A stretch of 51,080 nucleotides of DNA, counting the filler, from Trypethelium eluteriae (Eukaryota): NCBI GenBank assembly GCA_051942245.1. It is 2 parts of 2 records of this genome, joined end to end, with 100 filler letters (N's around TTAATTAATTAA, not from the genome) between each part and the next. Parts side by side here need not be neighbours in the genome. Positions count along the whole stretch, not along the records: positions 1 to 25,495 come from JAVECL010000370.1; 1 more part is not named here. One strand, 5' to 3'. Under the pieces are notes generated by a model. It was not told the DNA's origin, ran no database searches, and was given only the letters and a program-made list of their open reading frames with translations. The translations under genes and the position numbers were made by a program. This document shows positions 12,337-23,682 of the stretch, in pieces; position 1 is the stretch's first letter; every line of letters begins with the position of its first letter.

Positions 12337-14852
12337 ATGAGGGTCTCTCAATTACCATTTCTTATCATATCTACACTTGCACTGTTACAGAAAGCGTCTG
12401 CGTTGCGATCTTCGAGTACAACAGCGTCAAATGCATGTGCGGCCCTAGCGAGCTCATATGGAGCGCAGCAAGCTACTAGTGAGTGGTTGTTTCTTGGCAT
12501 CCCTCGTCTACCCCAGAGCAGAGAAGCACAGGGTCTTCTCCGCTAGCAGAAACATACTCAGGATATTAATGAAGGATATGCATGATTTCGATTGCATTTC
12601 AGAATTATACGATGTGTGATATTGGTGAAAGGGCATCGTCGAAAGCATCCATTAACGAACCGTACCTCTCTTTAACCTGTTCGATTCTATTCGGAGTCAC
12701 AGTTGCATCTTGCTGATGCTGATCAATAGAGACTCCGACCTTTAAGCCCTCGGCAGTGTATGCCTGTCTCCAGGAAGTACCCATCAACAACACGCTCGCG
12801 GCTCAGCAGGTTGAGTGGCTCGAGACTTACTTGCAATTCCATACTACTACTGTATATCTGAAGAATCCACCACCTACCTACCAGCCATTAGCTGTCGATT
12901 TGCTCGAAGGCATGAAAGAGATCAAAACAAAAGCACTAGCGGGTCAATACACTAGCGAGTACGACTTTGAACTTGCATTGTACAATCTTATAGTGCGAGG
13001 GCGAGATGGTCATCTTGTATTCATACCTTGGCTGGTCGGTAATTTCGAGATCAGGCGCAATGTTGAGCTGGTCTCGATATCTTCAGATGGCGTACAAGCA
13101 CCAAAGGTCTATTTCTATTGTACGATGTACCGTTTCTCCGTGGTAGTTGAAAGCGGCTGATATGCTTCTATTCTAGCTGACGTACAAGCCAATATTTCGG
13201 GAAACGGAACGATCATTCCTTCCGCTGTGTCAAAAATCGACGAAGATGACGTTACGAATCGACTAATTGCCCTCGGATACGACCAGAGGTACCAGGATGA
13301 TGATGCTCAATTCAACATGCTCTTTTCATCTCCGATCGCGATCCCTGGGCTAAGTTTCCCAGTTCTAGGCGCTTTCACCCAAGGACTTTTTGCTCACGCT
13401 AACGATACGACCTCATATATATTTGAGAATGGCAGTAGGAAAACGATAGCCAATAGTGCGTTCGCAAACTTGGACTTTGGGGCAGTTACGAGCGGCCAGT
13501 ATCTTTTCGACAATTTCATCCTCAATACGCCAAGCACCAGCACAAATACCACTGCGAGCGGGAACTCCCCCAGTGGGCTGGTAACTCTGCCTGGATATCC
13601 GCAACCGGTTGCTGGAGCATTGAGTCCCGGATCTTCTGTGTCAGGCTACTTCCTCCAGGATGCAAACGACACAGCTGTTCTTACTATGCAAACATTTTCT
13701 CCCGGCTCCTATTCAGCACAGCTGGGGTTCCAAAAAGCTATCCGAGAATTCTTAAGGGCGTGCCAAGAGCAGCACAAGAAGCGTCTAATAATTGACATTC
13801 GGCAGAACGTAGGCGGTCTTACCAATCTGGTCTATGACGCTTTCGGTCAGCTTTTCCCGAATCAGAAACCGTATTCAGCAACACGCCTCCGCGCATTTGA
13901 TGGAGCAAACCTCGTTGGCGAAGTCTTGTCCAATCTGCCTCCTGCAGCGGAGACCCAGATTTTACAGAAATTAGCTCAACAAGGTGGCAACATTGGTACC
14001 ATGCCCTACTTTGGACCAAGCTATTCACAGACGAACGGCACATCATTTCCGTCTTGGGCTGCTTTCTATGGTCCCACAGATGTATATGGCGATAACTTCA
14101 CCCATGTTGGCGCGTACCAGCTATCAAATAGTACCTTTACCGCGCCGCTCACAATCAGTGGGGCTACTACTAATTCCAATTCCCCACCACAGCCCTTTAC
14201 GAGTGATAACATCATCTTGGTAAGTCAGGGACTTCCCTAGAAGGACTGTTTTGTCTTGTTTTTCTAAGAGAACCAATCTTTGGAGATTTTCCTGGTCACA
14301 CTAATAAGCGTACAGCTCATAGATGGTACATGTCAATCCGCATGTGCCTACTTCGCCAACCTGCTCATGAACCAAGCCAGCGTTAATACAGTCGCAATTG
14401 GGGGTCGGCCGAACACAAATCCAATGGCTGTCATCGGTGGCACGCAAGGCGGTGAGGTCCTCTCAATCGGCACGATTCAACTTTTTATCGGCATCACCCA
14501 GAAGCTCGCAGCGCTCTCAAATGATACCCGGCTCATCGCTAAGGTCAATCAATCGCTTTCGCCTTTTGTCGAGCCCCCGCCAATTCAGCCGGTCAGTCTC
14601 AATAGCGTCACTTTCAATGTTCGAGACAACATTGCAAAAGGTGATGAGAGCCAAACACCTCTGCAGTTCACAAGAACCCCCCAAGCTGGCTGCAGAACGT
14701 TCTACATGGCTGGCGACGTACTCAACGTTACGTATACGTGGGATCGAGTTGCAAAAGGCATGGCCTCTGGTGGCAAGAGCTTGTGCATTAATGGAACCAG
14801 CACAAGCAACCGAAGTTCATCCAGGAACTCTTCTAGTCCGAACGGAACTTAA
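12337..14852 (+). CDS. Secreted fungal peptidase S41 family protein (stop precedes an in-frame GPI-like tail)
   Basis: Signal peptide MRVSQLPFLIISTLALLQKASA; YLQFHTT..YLKNPP, RDGHL, LIIDIRQNVGG, IDGTCQSAC and VAIGGRP motifs; introns near 12480-12729, 13120-13177 and 14220-14315. Confidence 0.82.
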
Positions 14853-15959
14853 CCTGCAAATGCAAGTGCGGCAGCTTCTCTCCCGAGCTCGCTGTCAAGG
14901 CTTGCTTTGCTTGTCGCTGCCGTAGGGGTCATGTTCGCGCATCTTGCTTTTTGACCCCTTGCACATTCGTCTCCATCTTTTCCAAGGTGATACTCATCAG
15001 TTTAGCACTATCTTCTTGCTTGAGCGCTCGTTAAACTAGAGATAGGTGTGCTCCTATTACAACATTGACCTCTTAAATCTCAAAACGTTGTTATTGACGC
15101 GCCATATCCACGACTATTGTACCAAATCTGCACTTTGTCGCTTAAATTGAAGGTGGAACTTTATCATATGATCGCCTCCAAAGCGTAGGCATGATCAAGG
15201 AGCTTATGTAGCCAGATGCAAGGCAGGAACTCCATTTGGTTCGATTGAGTACAAGTTCAAAGTGGGTCTGAAAGATGCGATTAGATGGTTATGCACCATA
15301 ATCATTGATATACTGTCGATCGCTGTGGCGAACATCGCCACCGTTGAAATTGATACCTTACCCAATCAGGTATCGGGCTGAACATACTCTGATGTGCTTA
15401 CTAACACCGTGAGCGAGCTTACCTCTCTCGCACGGAATGTCAACAAGAAGTTTGTTAGAGCAGGATGTCATCTGGTCCTCGCCAATCATCCAATGATGAA
15501 AGCCTATTCGATTACGGATCGAGCAACCCTGTTGGAGCTCCGGTCCCAGTGATCCCTCCATCCGACCATGCCGGCATTGATTCCTGCGACACCCTAGGCC
15601 AGGGGTGGTTCAGGGCTCTCTGCAGCATTCCTGCATTGTCACGTTCGGACTATGGCCGTCATTCAGGTGAAGCTCCATGCACGGCATGTTAAAGTATATC
15701 TTTTACATGCTCGCGTCACACATGAAAGAGAGCTACGAGCCAGAACGGAGCTCGCTGAGTGCACTCATTTTTCCGACGCGCCGCGGCAACTACTGTACTG
15801 ATCTACTGCACGCTTCGTGAACCCAAAATCTGTCGGCAGCGACAGGTATCACAATGAGGGGTAGCAACGATCCATCACCGGTATCTTCCGGTCGGTCAAA
15901 ATATTTGGGAAAGGTAGGTCCTCACCAAAGCTCCCAGAGACGCTTCGATCAAATTCACA

Positions 15960-17709
15960 ATGGAGACGGTCAATCGCCCAGACGAATGGAAAATTGAGCA
16001 AGGTCTCTCCGGGGCCAAACTGCCCTTCTTAGACCAAACCTGTCGAGATACGGTAGCCATTGCACCTGCGAAATGGCCTAAATTGTTCAAAGATGAGGCG
16101 GCCATTGCGGCCATCGGGGACCGTAACAAGCTGTTCGTGCAAGAAATCGAAGGTTGGAAAGGGTAAGCCAGTCTCTATTTACCAATCACTAATGCGAGCA
16201 AGCAAGGCTAATAGCGGTTAATCGTGGGCCAGGTATGTTGAGTGGGAGAAGTATCCAGAGAAGAAAAAGCTGGCGCATCGGATCTTGACTCTGCAGTCTT
16301 TCCCTCCAAATCCAGAGTTCCAAATGGGAGCGATTCCGGACACAAATCCAGTCCTTCCTGGAACGCATTGGAAGATGTGGCACCACGCTGTTGGCGGTGA
16401 GCTCACCAACGTTCCTGAGGATTCGTGGGACATGGTTCTCCGTGAAAAGCATGCGGAAATGCTACATCTTCTCCAATTCCCGTACAACGGGGAACCTCCC
16501 AAAAGACTGGTTACCGCAAAAGTAATCACGCCGAATCCGCTCCACTTCGTCAGAAATCATGGCGGTATACCGCGTATCGAGAAAGATAAATGGTCTCTCT
16601 CACTAGACGGCTTGGTTGCAAATCCTAGATCCTTCACCCTTGATGATCTCATGGATGAAGCTCAGTTCCTGCGGATGGAAAAGCTTGTCACGATGCAGTG
16701 CTCTGGGACTCGTCGCATTGAGCAAATCTCACTGTATGCCGGCCAGGGAGATGAGGTTCCGCAAGCTCCGTGGGCTGAAGGTGCCATAGGGACAGCAAAG
16801 TACGTAGGCATTAGTCTCAAGAAAGTTATCAAGGCCTGTGGTGGCCTTCTTAACGGCGCCAAGCATCTCGAGTTGTACGGAGCTGAAACCTACTTCAAGG
16901 ATAACCAGGTCATGAACTACCTCGTTAGTGTTCCGTGGTCCAAAGTCAAAGCTAACGAAGTGATACTTGCGTGGGAAATGAATGGCGAACCGCTTCCAAA
17001 GATTCATGGCTACCCTCTACGAGTGGTTGTACTGGGCTACATCGGAGCTCGAAGTGTTAAGTGGCTTTATCGAGTCAAGGCAATCGAGCACCCTACTCTA
17101 GCGCCAGTTCAGAGCAAAGAATACCTTTACTTCAATCAGCAAATCGGCAAGCACAACCAACGACCAACAGATGGCATTCAGATTCAAGAGATGCCAGTAA
17201 GCTCGGCGATTATGTCTCCTTGGCAAAGGCAGGTTGTCATTCACAACGGCAAGATCCATTGCAAAGGTTGGGCCTACTCTGGTGGAGGGAGATGGCCTGA
17301 GCGAGTCGAGCTATCGGCTGATGGAGGCTTCAGCTGGTATGCTGTTCCAAATGCGAGCTTGAGCACAAAGCATAAATGGACTTGGCGGACGTGGGAATTC
17401 GACCTGCCTTGTGATGTGGAAGGCTGGGTGGAGATCGTCTGCAGGTGCTGGGACAATTCCCTCAACACGCAACCTTTGACGGTCCGCGCCGCATGGAACT
17501 GGGGTCTCCATGTGACTAGCTCGGCGCACAGGATTCAGGTCTATAGCATGAACAAGAGTCGGGCTCGGACTAGACAGCGCTTAGAGAAGTTTGAGCAGAC
17601 AGGTTCTCCCTTGGCTCCTCTTACGTGGCCGGAAGAGTTCCAGACGCAGAGTTGGGAAGAGTATGAACAGTTCTGGGAGGAGAATGATCCAAGAGACGTG
17701 GATGATTGA
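15960..17709 (+). CDS. Sulfite oxidase family molybdoenzyme (Moco and dimerisation domains, no cytochrome b5 domain)
   Basis: PYNGEPP, HFVRNHGGIP, TMQCSGTRR (Mo-ligand Cys), HGYPLRVVV.GYIGARSVKWL, GWAYSGGGR..ERVE.S.DGG; intron about 16163-16232. Confidence 0.9.
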
Positions 17710-17952
17710 CGACTGAGACTATCTATTTTTCCGTAGGTTCACCAAATAGATCACCACATCGACCTGCTTTCATTGAGAGGCTTTTTCTTGTCTGTCCAAT
17801 CTTCATGCTCAATCTGTTCGCAAAGAATAGAACTCACTGCAATGACCTCTGACGTGCAAGCTCGTTGCTCTGCCAATGATCTTCACTGAACTACCAGACT
17901 CTGAGTCTCGGAAAGGGCATCGGGTCAAAAAGGTGTTGTATACTCTGGGAGA

Positions 17953-19640
17953 TTAGTGCCAGCCCGTTTTGTGCGGATGAGCATGATTTTCTCTGAGTTT
18001 TGTTTCCGTTCTACTTTCGACCCTTTCACCAAGGGTTAGATCAACTTTCGTGAACATCTCTGTGGACACCATCAGCGTCTATTATTTCAGTGCTTAAGTC
18101 CGACCTACTATAAGCCTCTTGTCGAATCCACATTTCGCTAACATCACTGAGGTGAGCAGAGAGATTGTCAACAAAGCGTGCTTGAGCTCCATCTTGCTTG
18201 CCCATAAGATGCCATAATGCAGTAGCCTGCTCGAAATCTTTATCCTTAACCTCTGATGCAGTCGAGAGGGGTAAAACGACACGGACGTGATTGAGCGCAG
18301 AGGTCTTCGGATCCTGTGCAGTCCCCTCAGAGGATATCTCTACCGCTTCAGAATGCAGTGGCTGGCCCTTGTTGCTGAACTCTACAGGTTTGAGCTTGGT
18401 CCCAACGTAATTTGGGTCCGTACCATAATTCTGAGTGAAGTTCATGAACCCGTCGCGCTGGGTAGGACAATAGACCTCACTTTTAGCAGCGTTGGTGGGA
18501 AGGAACTGATAATTCACTCCGAGTCTATACCGTGCAGCATCTGGGTATGCAAACATCCTTGCCTGCAGCATTGAATCAGGACTCGGTTCAATTCCCGGAA
18601 CCATGTTGCTGGGACTGAAGGCGGCTTGTTCGATCTCTGCAAACCAGTTCCGAGGATTCTGGTCCAGGGTCATACGACCAATCTTCCGAAGAGGATACAG
18701 AGCCTTGGGCCATACTTTTGTCATGTCAAATATATCGATGGGAGCTGCACCGATATCGCCGGGTTGGATTGCCTGGACGTATACCTCCCAAGAAGGGAAG
18801 TCACCAGAACGGATCGCATTCTGCAGGTCCAGTAGATGGCTGTCTGGAACTTTTCCGGCGATCTCAACCCCCTCACTATTGGTGTAGTAATGGATCCCTT
18901 GATTTGAGATTAAGTGGATACGTACGTAGGAGTATGACCCCTTGGCCTTGGTGAACTTGTACGTATTACCACTGTAGGCATTAACATGACGTACAGATGA
19001 TGGAAGGCCTCTGTCACCAAATAGAAACATCAAGGCATGGATACTCTCTTGGTTGTTAATATGAAAGTCCCAGAACATGTCTGAACTAGGGGAATTAGTG
19101 CCAGGATGCTTCTTGTGGCTTCGATTGAGAGAAGGAAATTTGACTGGATCTCGGACAAAGAATACAGGCTAGAAGCAGACCAATGCTATCAGATGATACA
19201 TATACTCTCGTGAGATAGGATTGCCTCACATGGTTATTGAAGACCCAGTCATTGTTTCCTTGGGCCGTCTTGAATTTGATGGCAAACCCCCTGAAGTCCC
19301 GCACCGTATCTGCTGATCCTTTCTCTGGACCGACCGTCGAGACTCTGACAAGTACCTCTGTCTTGGTACCGACGCCGTTCAGGAATGCTGCATCGGTAAG
19401 GTCGGATATATCATCTGTGACCTCAAAGTACCCTCTTGCCCCAGCAGCCTTCGCGTGGACGCTCCTCTCCGGAATTCTTTCTCGCGAGAAATGAGCGAGT
19501 GTCTCAATAAGCTGTGTGCTCGTGAGGAGGACATGGCCACCACCAGAGCCTGTCAGGAGCCGTTCGTCTGTGTCATTACTGCGAAATGGGACACCTTCTG
19601 CGAGTGTATAAGTATTTGAAATGCCTTTCGACTCGGCCAT
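17953..19640 (-). CDS. Monofunctional small-subunit heme catalase
   Basis: FSRERIPERSVHAKAAGA (distal His), VRVST...DTVRDFRGFAIKF, VFFVRDPVKFP, proximal RMFAYPDAARYRLG; introns near 19229-19169 and 18110-18060; last exon ends ...HPHKTGWH*. Confidence 0.92.
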
Positions 19641-21122
19641 AATGCTGAAAGCGCGGTATATAAATGTCTCTCGCACTTGGGTGGAGTAGTTGATAATTTG
19701 AAGCTCCCTACAATCGCAGCTGCAACGGCACTTCCCCAGAGTCTTGCTAATAAACTCACACTATTGACTTACCGGCTTTTCAGCTAGAAGAATTCCCGAA
19801 AGCTAAGATAGGCTATCCAGAACATGCATAGATACCGAATACCAATTGTAAGGTTTGTGAATGTGCTTGGGTTCATGCCTGCTCGTGCGAAAGGCTGGGG
19901 ATATACCCCGCTTGTGCGATTGATGCGGCCTACCAAAGTGTATCGGACAATCTTCGAGCATGGATAGCTGTGACCAGACTGGCATTAGTTGCTATGTTGC
20001 ACTGATGCGTTGTCATCATGAGATGATTGGGCCCTCCGGCAAGGTCCTGATAATGAGGCTGGCGCCGTAGGGTCTCCCTCTACGACATGGAGCCCCTGGA
20101 TCAGATATGAAAAATCACTTCGTCAAAAGTATGGAAAACTTGATCGTGGTTTAAAGACTGAATGTTCTCGCCAGCTACTATATTTGTAGGCATCTGTACA
20201 CTATAGCGTGGCACTTGCGTACTTTATTCTACCCCTTTTGCTAGAGTACTGGTGGTACCCCGCTTTTTAATTACGTAGCCACCGATTGCCAAAAATAGCG
20301 TCAAGTGGAGACTGGATGGAAAAATGCAACATGGGAAACGTAATTACAAGGTACAATGCAGGAATGTATTTTGTCGAACCTGAGGTAATACTTCAATCGC
20401 TCGTTCTTTACTTAGTATATCCTCTCGTCTACTGGCTCAGCCTTGGTGGTGTAGCTAGTTGCCCGATCTGGTATGGACGACTTCAGGGATTTCACCTCCT
20501 TAATTTCCGAGGTCATTAAGCAGCCTTAAGCAGCTATTCTAGAACATCAGAACTTTTGATCCGCTGTGGTCACCACCGCGGTTCAATATATTTCGCCTCA
20601 CCTCTTGTTGTGAATACACATGTATCAGAGAACAGAGCGTTAAAATCGACTATTTCAAAATATGTTAATCAGCATGGTCGATCGACAGATGCAGGATGGA
20701 TAGAATTGGTCGAGAAAGGAGAAGACTGAATTGCACTGGAGGTGGATTACTACCAGCAAGAATCGGGCACAGTCTGAACAGTGCATGGGAGTGGGAATTT
20801 CTGAAGCTGAGATTCCACCCAAGTATCGTAAGTAAAGCCGAGAAAGGCCATCTGGACATTCCATCGTGTCGAGAAGTCTTGATTTGAAGACGTCCCTGGA
20901 AAAATCGGCACTCTCTCTCACCGAAATGGAAGCAAGTATTGCAGACTTCCATTACATTTTTGGAAAATTGGGATTTTTTGCTATTGAGCCATCTAAACTT
21001 CCATTTCCTTTTCCAGTGCATGCAAGCCAGTCCCTTGGCCGAAGATGAAGGTCACCAGATGTCTGCATTAAACTTGAAGTCGTGGATCTCTTCTACTGTC
21101 ATATTTGAGTTGAGGAAATATC

Positions 21123-22346
21123 CTATCTCACCATGTTCAAAATCTCCATCACCTCTTCTTTACTGTTTAACAACCTCTTCTCACCTCCCCAAACGTCAGT
21201 CAATGTGTACTCCGCAACCGTCTCGATCGTCTTTTCATCAGTAACACCCACTTCACTCAAGGTTGTCGGCAACCCTAGCATCTTTACAAACTTCCTCATC
21301 GCCTCACCTAGAGTCGTCTCATTCCATCCCAGCACTTCATTGAAAATATCCAAAAGTATCTTCTGAGCCTCGGGATTCCAGGTTTCCGTGTGCTTGAGCA
21401 CAGGAGCTAGCATCACACAGCTCGTGACTCCGTGCATCACGCCTGCCACGCTCCCAAGCTGATGTCCGATTGCGTGGGAGATGCCAACACGCCATCCATG
21501 CACCAGCATCGCCGTCATCGCATCGCGCACGCCGAGCTGACAATCAGTAATCCCCTTCAACAGCCTCTCTCTTCCCGCCTCACCCTGCTCCTTCGCGCTC
21601 TTATACGCAGAGAGCCCACCCAGCAACTCGCGCAAGCCGCGCTCCGTCAACTCGGCCGCCGCTCCAGTACACCCAACATTACACCGAACCTCAACGCAGT
21701 GATCGATGCCGCGCACGCCGCTCGGAAGCCAGACCGCCTCCGGCGTCGTAGCCGCAACGTCCGGATCGAGGCAGATGAGGTCAGGCGCGCCGACCTCAAG
21801 GGAGCCGAAATGCTGCTTCTTGCCGCGCGAATTGGTCGCCGAGGAGACGGCGTTCCACTCGCTCGCGGACAGCGTCGTCGGCACTAGGATGAGCTTGGTG
21901 CGCAGGAGCTGCAGCTTCTCGGGAGGCGTGAGGCCCTTCTCTTGGTCGACGAGCGCTTCCATGTCGGCCTCGGTGAAGGGCGTGGGGAGGCTGGCGCAGA
22001 GGAGGCAGGCGGTTTTGCAGGCGTCGCTGTAGGAGCAGCTGCCGATGCAGACGACGGTGTCAGCGTGGATGGCGTGGATGCGTCGGCTGATGTCGATGAC
22101 GTCTTCGTAGGGGGTGTGGCTGCCCACGCCGAGCTTCTCGTCTTTGACGATGGGACCGAGTTTGGCTTTGAGGTCGCGGATGATGCTGTGGTTGCTGTTG
22201 AGAGCGGCGCTGGCGACTATAAGGACTGATTGGGAAGACCAAGAAGCCAACTCGGCGGGGATGTCGGAAAGAACATGTGAGTTGATGATGGCATAGTGGT
22301 CAGTACGACTAGGTGTAGGTAGTTGTTGGACACGCTTGGATTCCAT
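21123..22346 (-). CDS. Iron-containing alcohol dehydrogenase / maleylacetate reductase-like protein
   Basis: Intronless 407-aa ORF; IGSCSYSDACK (GGGS-like), VPTTLSASE, SGVRGIDHCVE, SHAIGHQLG and HGVTSC metal-binding motifs. Confidence 0.85.
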   Translation of the reverse strand: MESKRVQQLPTPSRTDHYAIINSHVLSDIPAELASWSSQSVLIVASAALNSNHSIIRDLKAKLGPIVKDEKLGVGSHTPYEDVIDISRRIHAIHADTVVCIGSCSYSDACKTACLLCASLPTPFTEADMEALVDQEKGLTPPEKLQLLRTKLILVPTTLSASEWNAVSSATNSRGKKQHFGSLEVGAPDLICLDPDVAATTPEAVWLPSGVRGIDHCVEVRCNVGCTGAAAELTERGLRELLGGLSAYKSAKEQGEAGRERLLKGITDCQLGVRDAMTAMLVHGWRVGISHAIGHQLGSVAGVMHGVTSCVMLAPVLKHTETWNPEAQKILLDIFNEVLGWNETTLGEAMRKFVKMLGLPTTLSEVGVTDEKTIETVAEYTLTDVWGGEKRLLNSKEEVMEILNMVR

Positions 22347-23682
22347 TTCAGATTGAAAGATCTCGCAGTTTATTTCCAGATTCTGGTCGTAGCAAGAAGG
22401 CTAAACCCACGGCATGCGTCCCTCGGAGGTCTTTATATACGCGAGATGAGGTTGTATGAAGAAACTGGCTTGACTTCACTGACCGGAAATTCTCCATAAT
22501 ACAATACCCCGTAGCAATACTTCCTCATCACCACACCGTTCAATCAAGCCCTTTGTGCACATCAAATACAGGTATTTGCCCGCGAATCCGAAGATAACGA
22601 CGTCAGAGAACAATGTTTGTGCTCTACTTTAGTGATTCTCGGGCCGAAACGGGCCGACCACCAGATATGCAGCGTGCTCAGGCCGTTTTTTGAGTCATGT
22701 CTGGGCGCCACCTTGCAGTCTCACACCGACAGACTCGCCAAAGAGATCCTAAGTGTCAATCGAACGCACTTCGTTTCCGTTGATAATCAAGCACCAACTC
22801 GGTCCGGACGAGGACTTCCTGATACAGCCCCTATGGAACCTTGATGCAGACCGGACTCAGGACTAACTTTTTGGTGTGTTACAGGCAGTTGCTCAGGATA
22901 ATGTTTTCTGCGCCGCCGTTCTCCGTGAATGACGTTTCAAATATATTGCGATCAGTCTCAAGTGGGTCGCCTAGCGGGCAATGTCTCGAATAGCGTGAGG
23001 AGATGGTGAATGCTGTTGTTCACCTTTGAGAGTTGCACAGGCGTAGCCGTAACCAGTTACATACGTCGTCTAACGCGAAGACAAAAGCTCTTCCCAAGCT
23101 CCCCGGCGGATTCGGCTCATTCTTCATCACTGTCCCTTATCCTGTCCGACCGAAAATCATTCCGGTGACCTTTTGGGGTCTGCGTAATTGTGGTGCAATG
23201 TGGATGTGGAGAAGGCTTTGATGACGCTGTGACGGACGGCTCTAGCTCAATTCTGTTTTCCATTTTGAGCTGCTACTTACTCCAGATGGTGGTCAACCGC
23301 TGGCATCTAGATTGCTACTTCCTTCAAGCACTCCGCCTCCTCACTCAAATCACTGCACTGGCAGGTAACAGCCTTATGAGCTATTCACATCTAAAACTTG
23401 AGCAAATCTCTGGCGACCTATGCAGCGATACGGAGTAGAGATGAAATTTTCGAGTCTCCATCTTACGAAAGGCTCTTTCGACTCGTTCTCCCTCCTCCGA
23501 CTTTCGGTTATTTTGCAGCGTACTGGCCCAAAACTCATATAACACGAGATTTTGACTGAATGGCCCCAGAACCCGTGGAGGTGAAGAAGTCGGGACAATT
23601 GATGCTTGGCTATCGGTCCTTGGTCATGCTTGAGTCGAAATGACTCAGCGAAGAAGCATTCTTTCCCTCTCTCTTTCATGAT

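Noticed and set aside
19700..21100. Several 60-118 aa ORFs between catalase and Fe-ADH
   Set aside because: No recognisable domain or coherent splice pattern.
22400..23680. Possible NLR remnant downstream of the SesB-like gene
   Set aside because: No P-loop, NACHT or repeat motifs, and no second copy of the terminal motif, found by eye.
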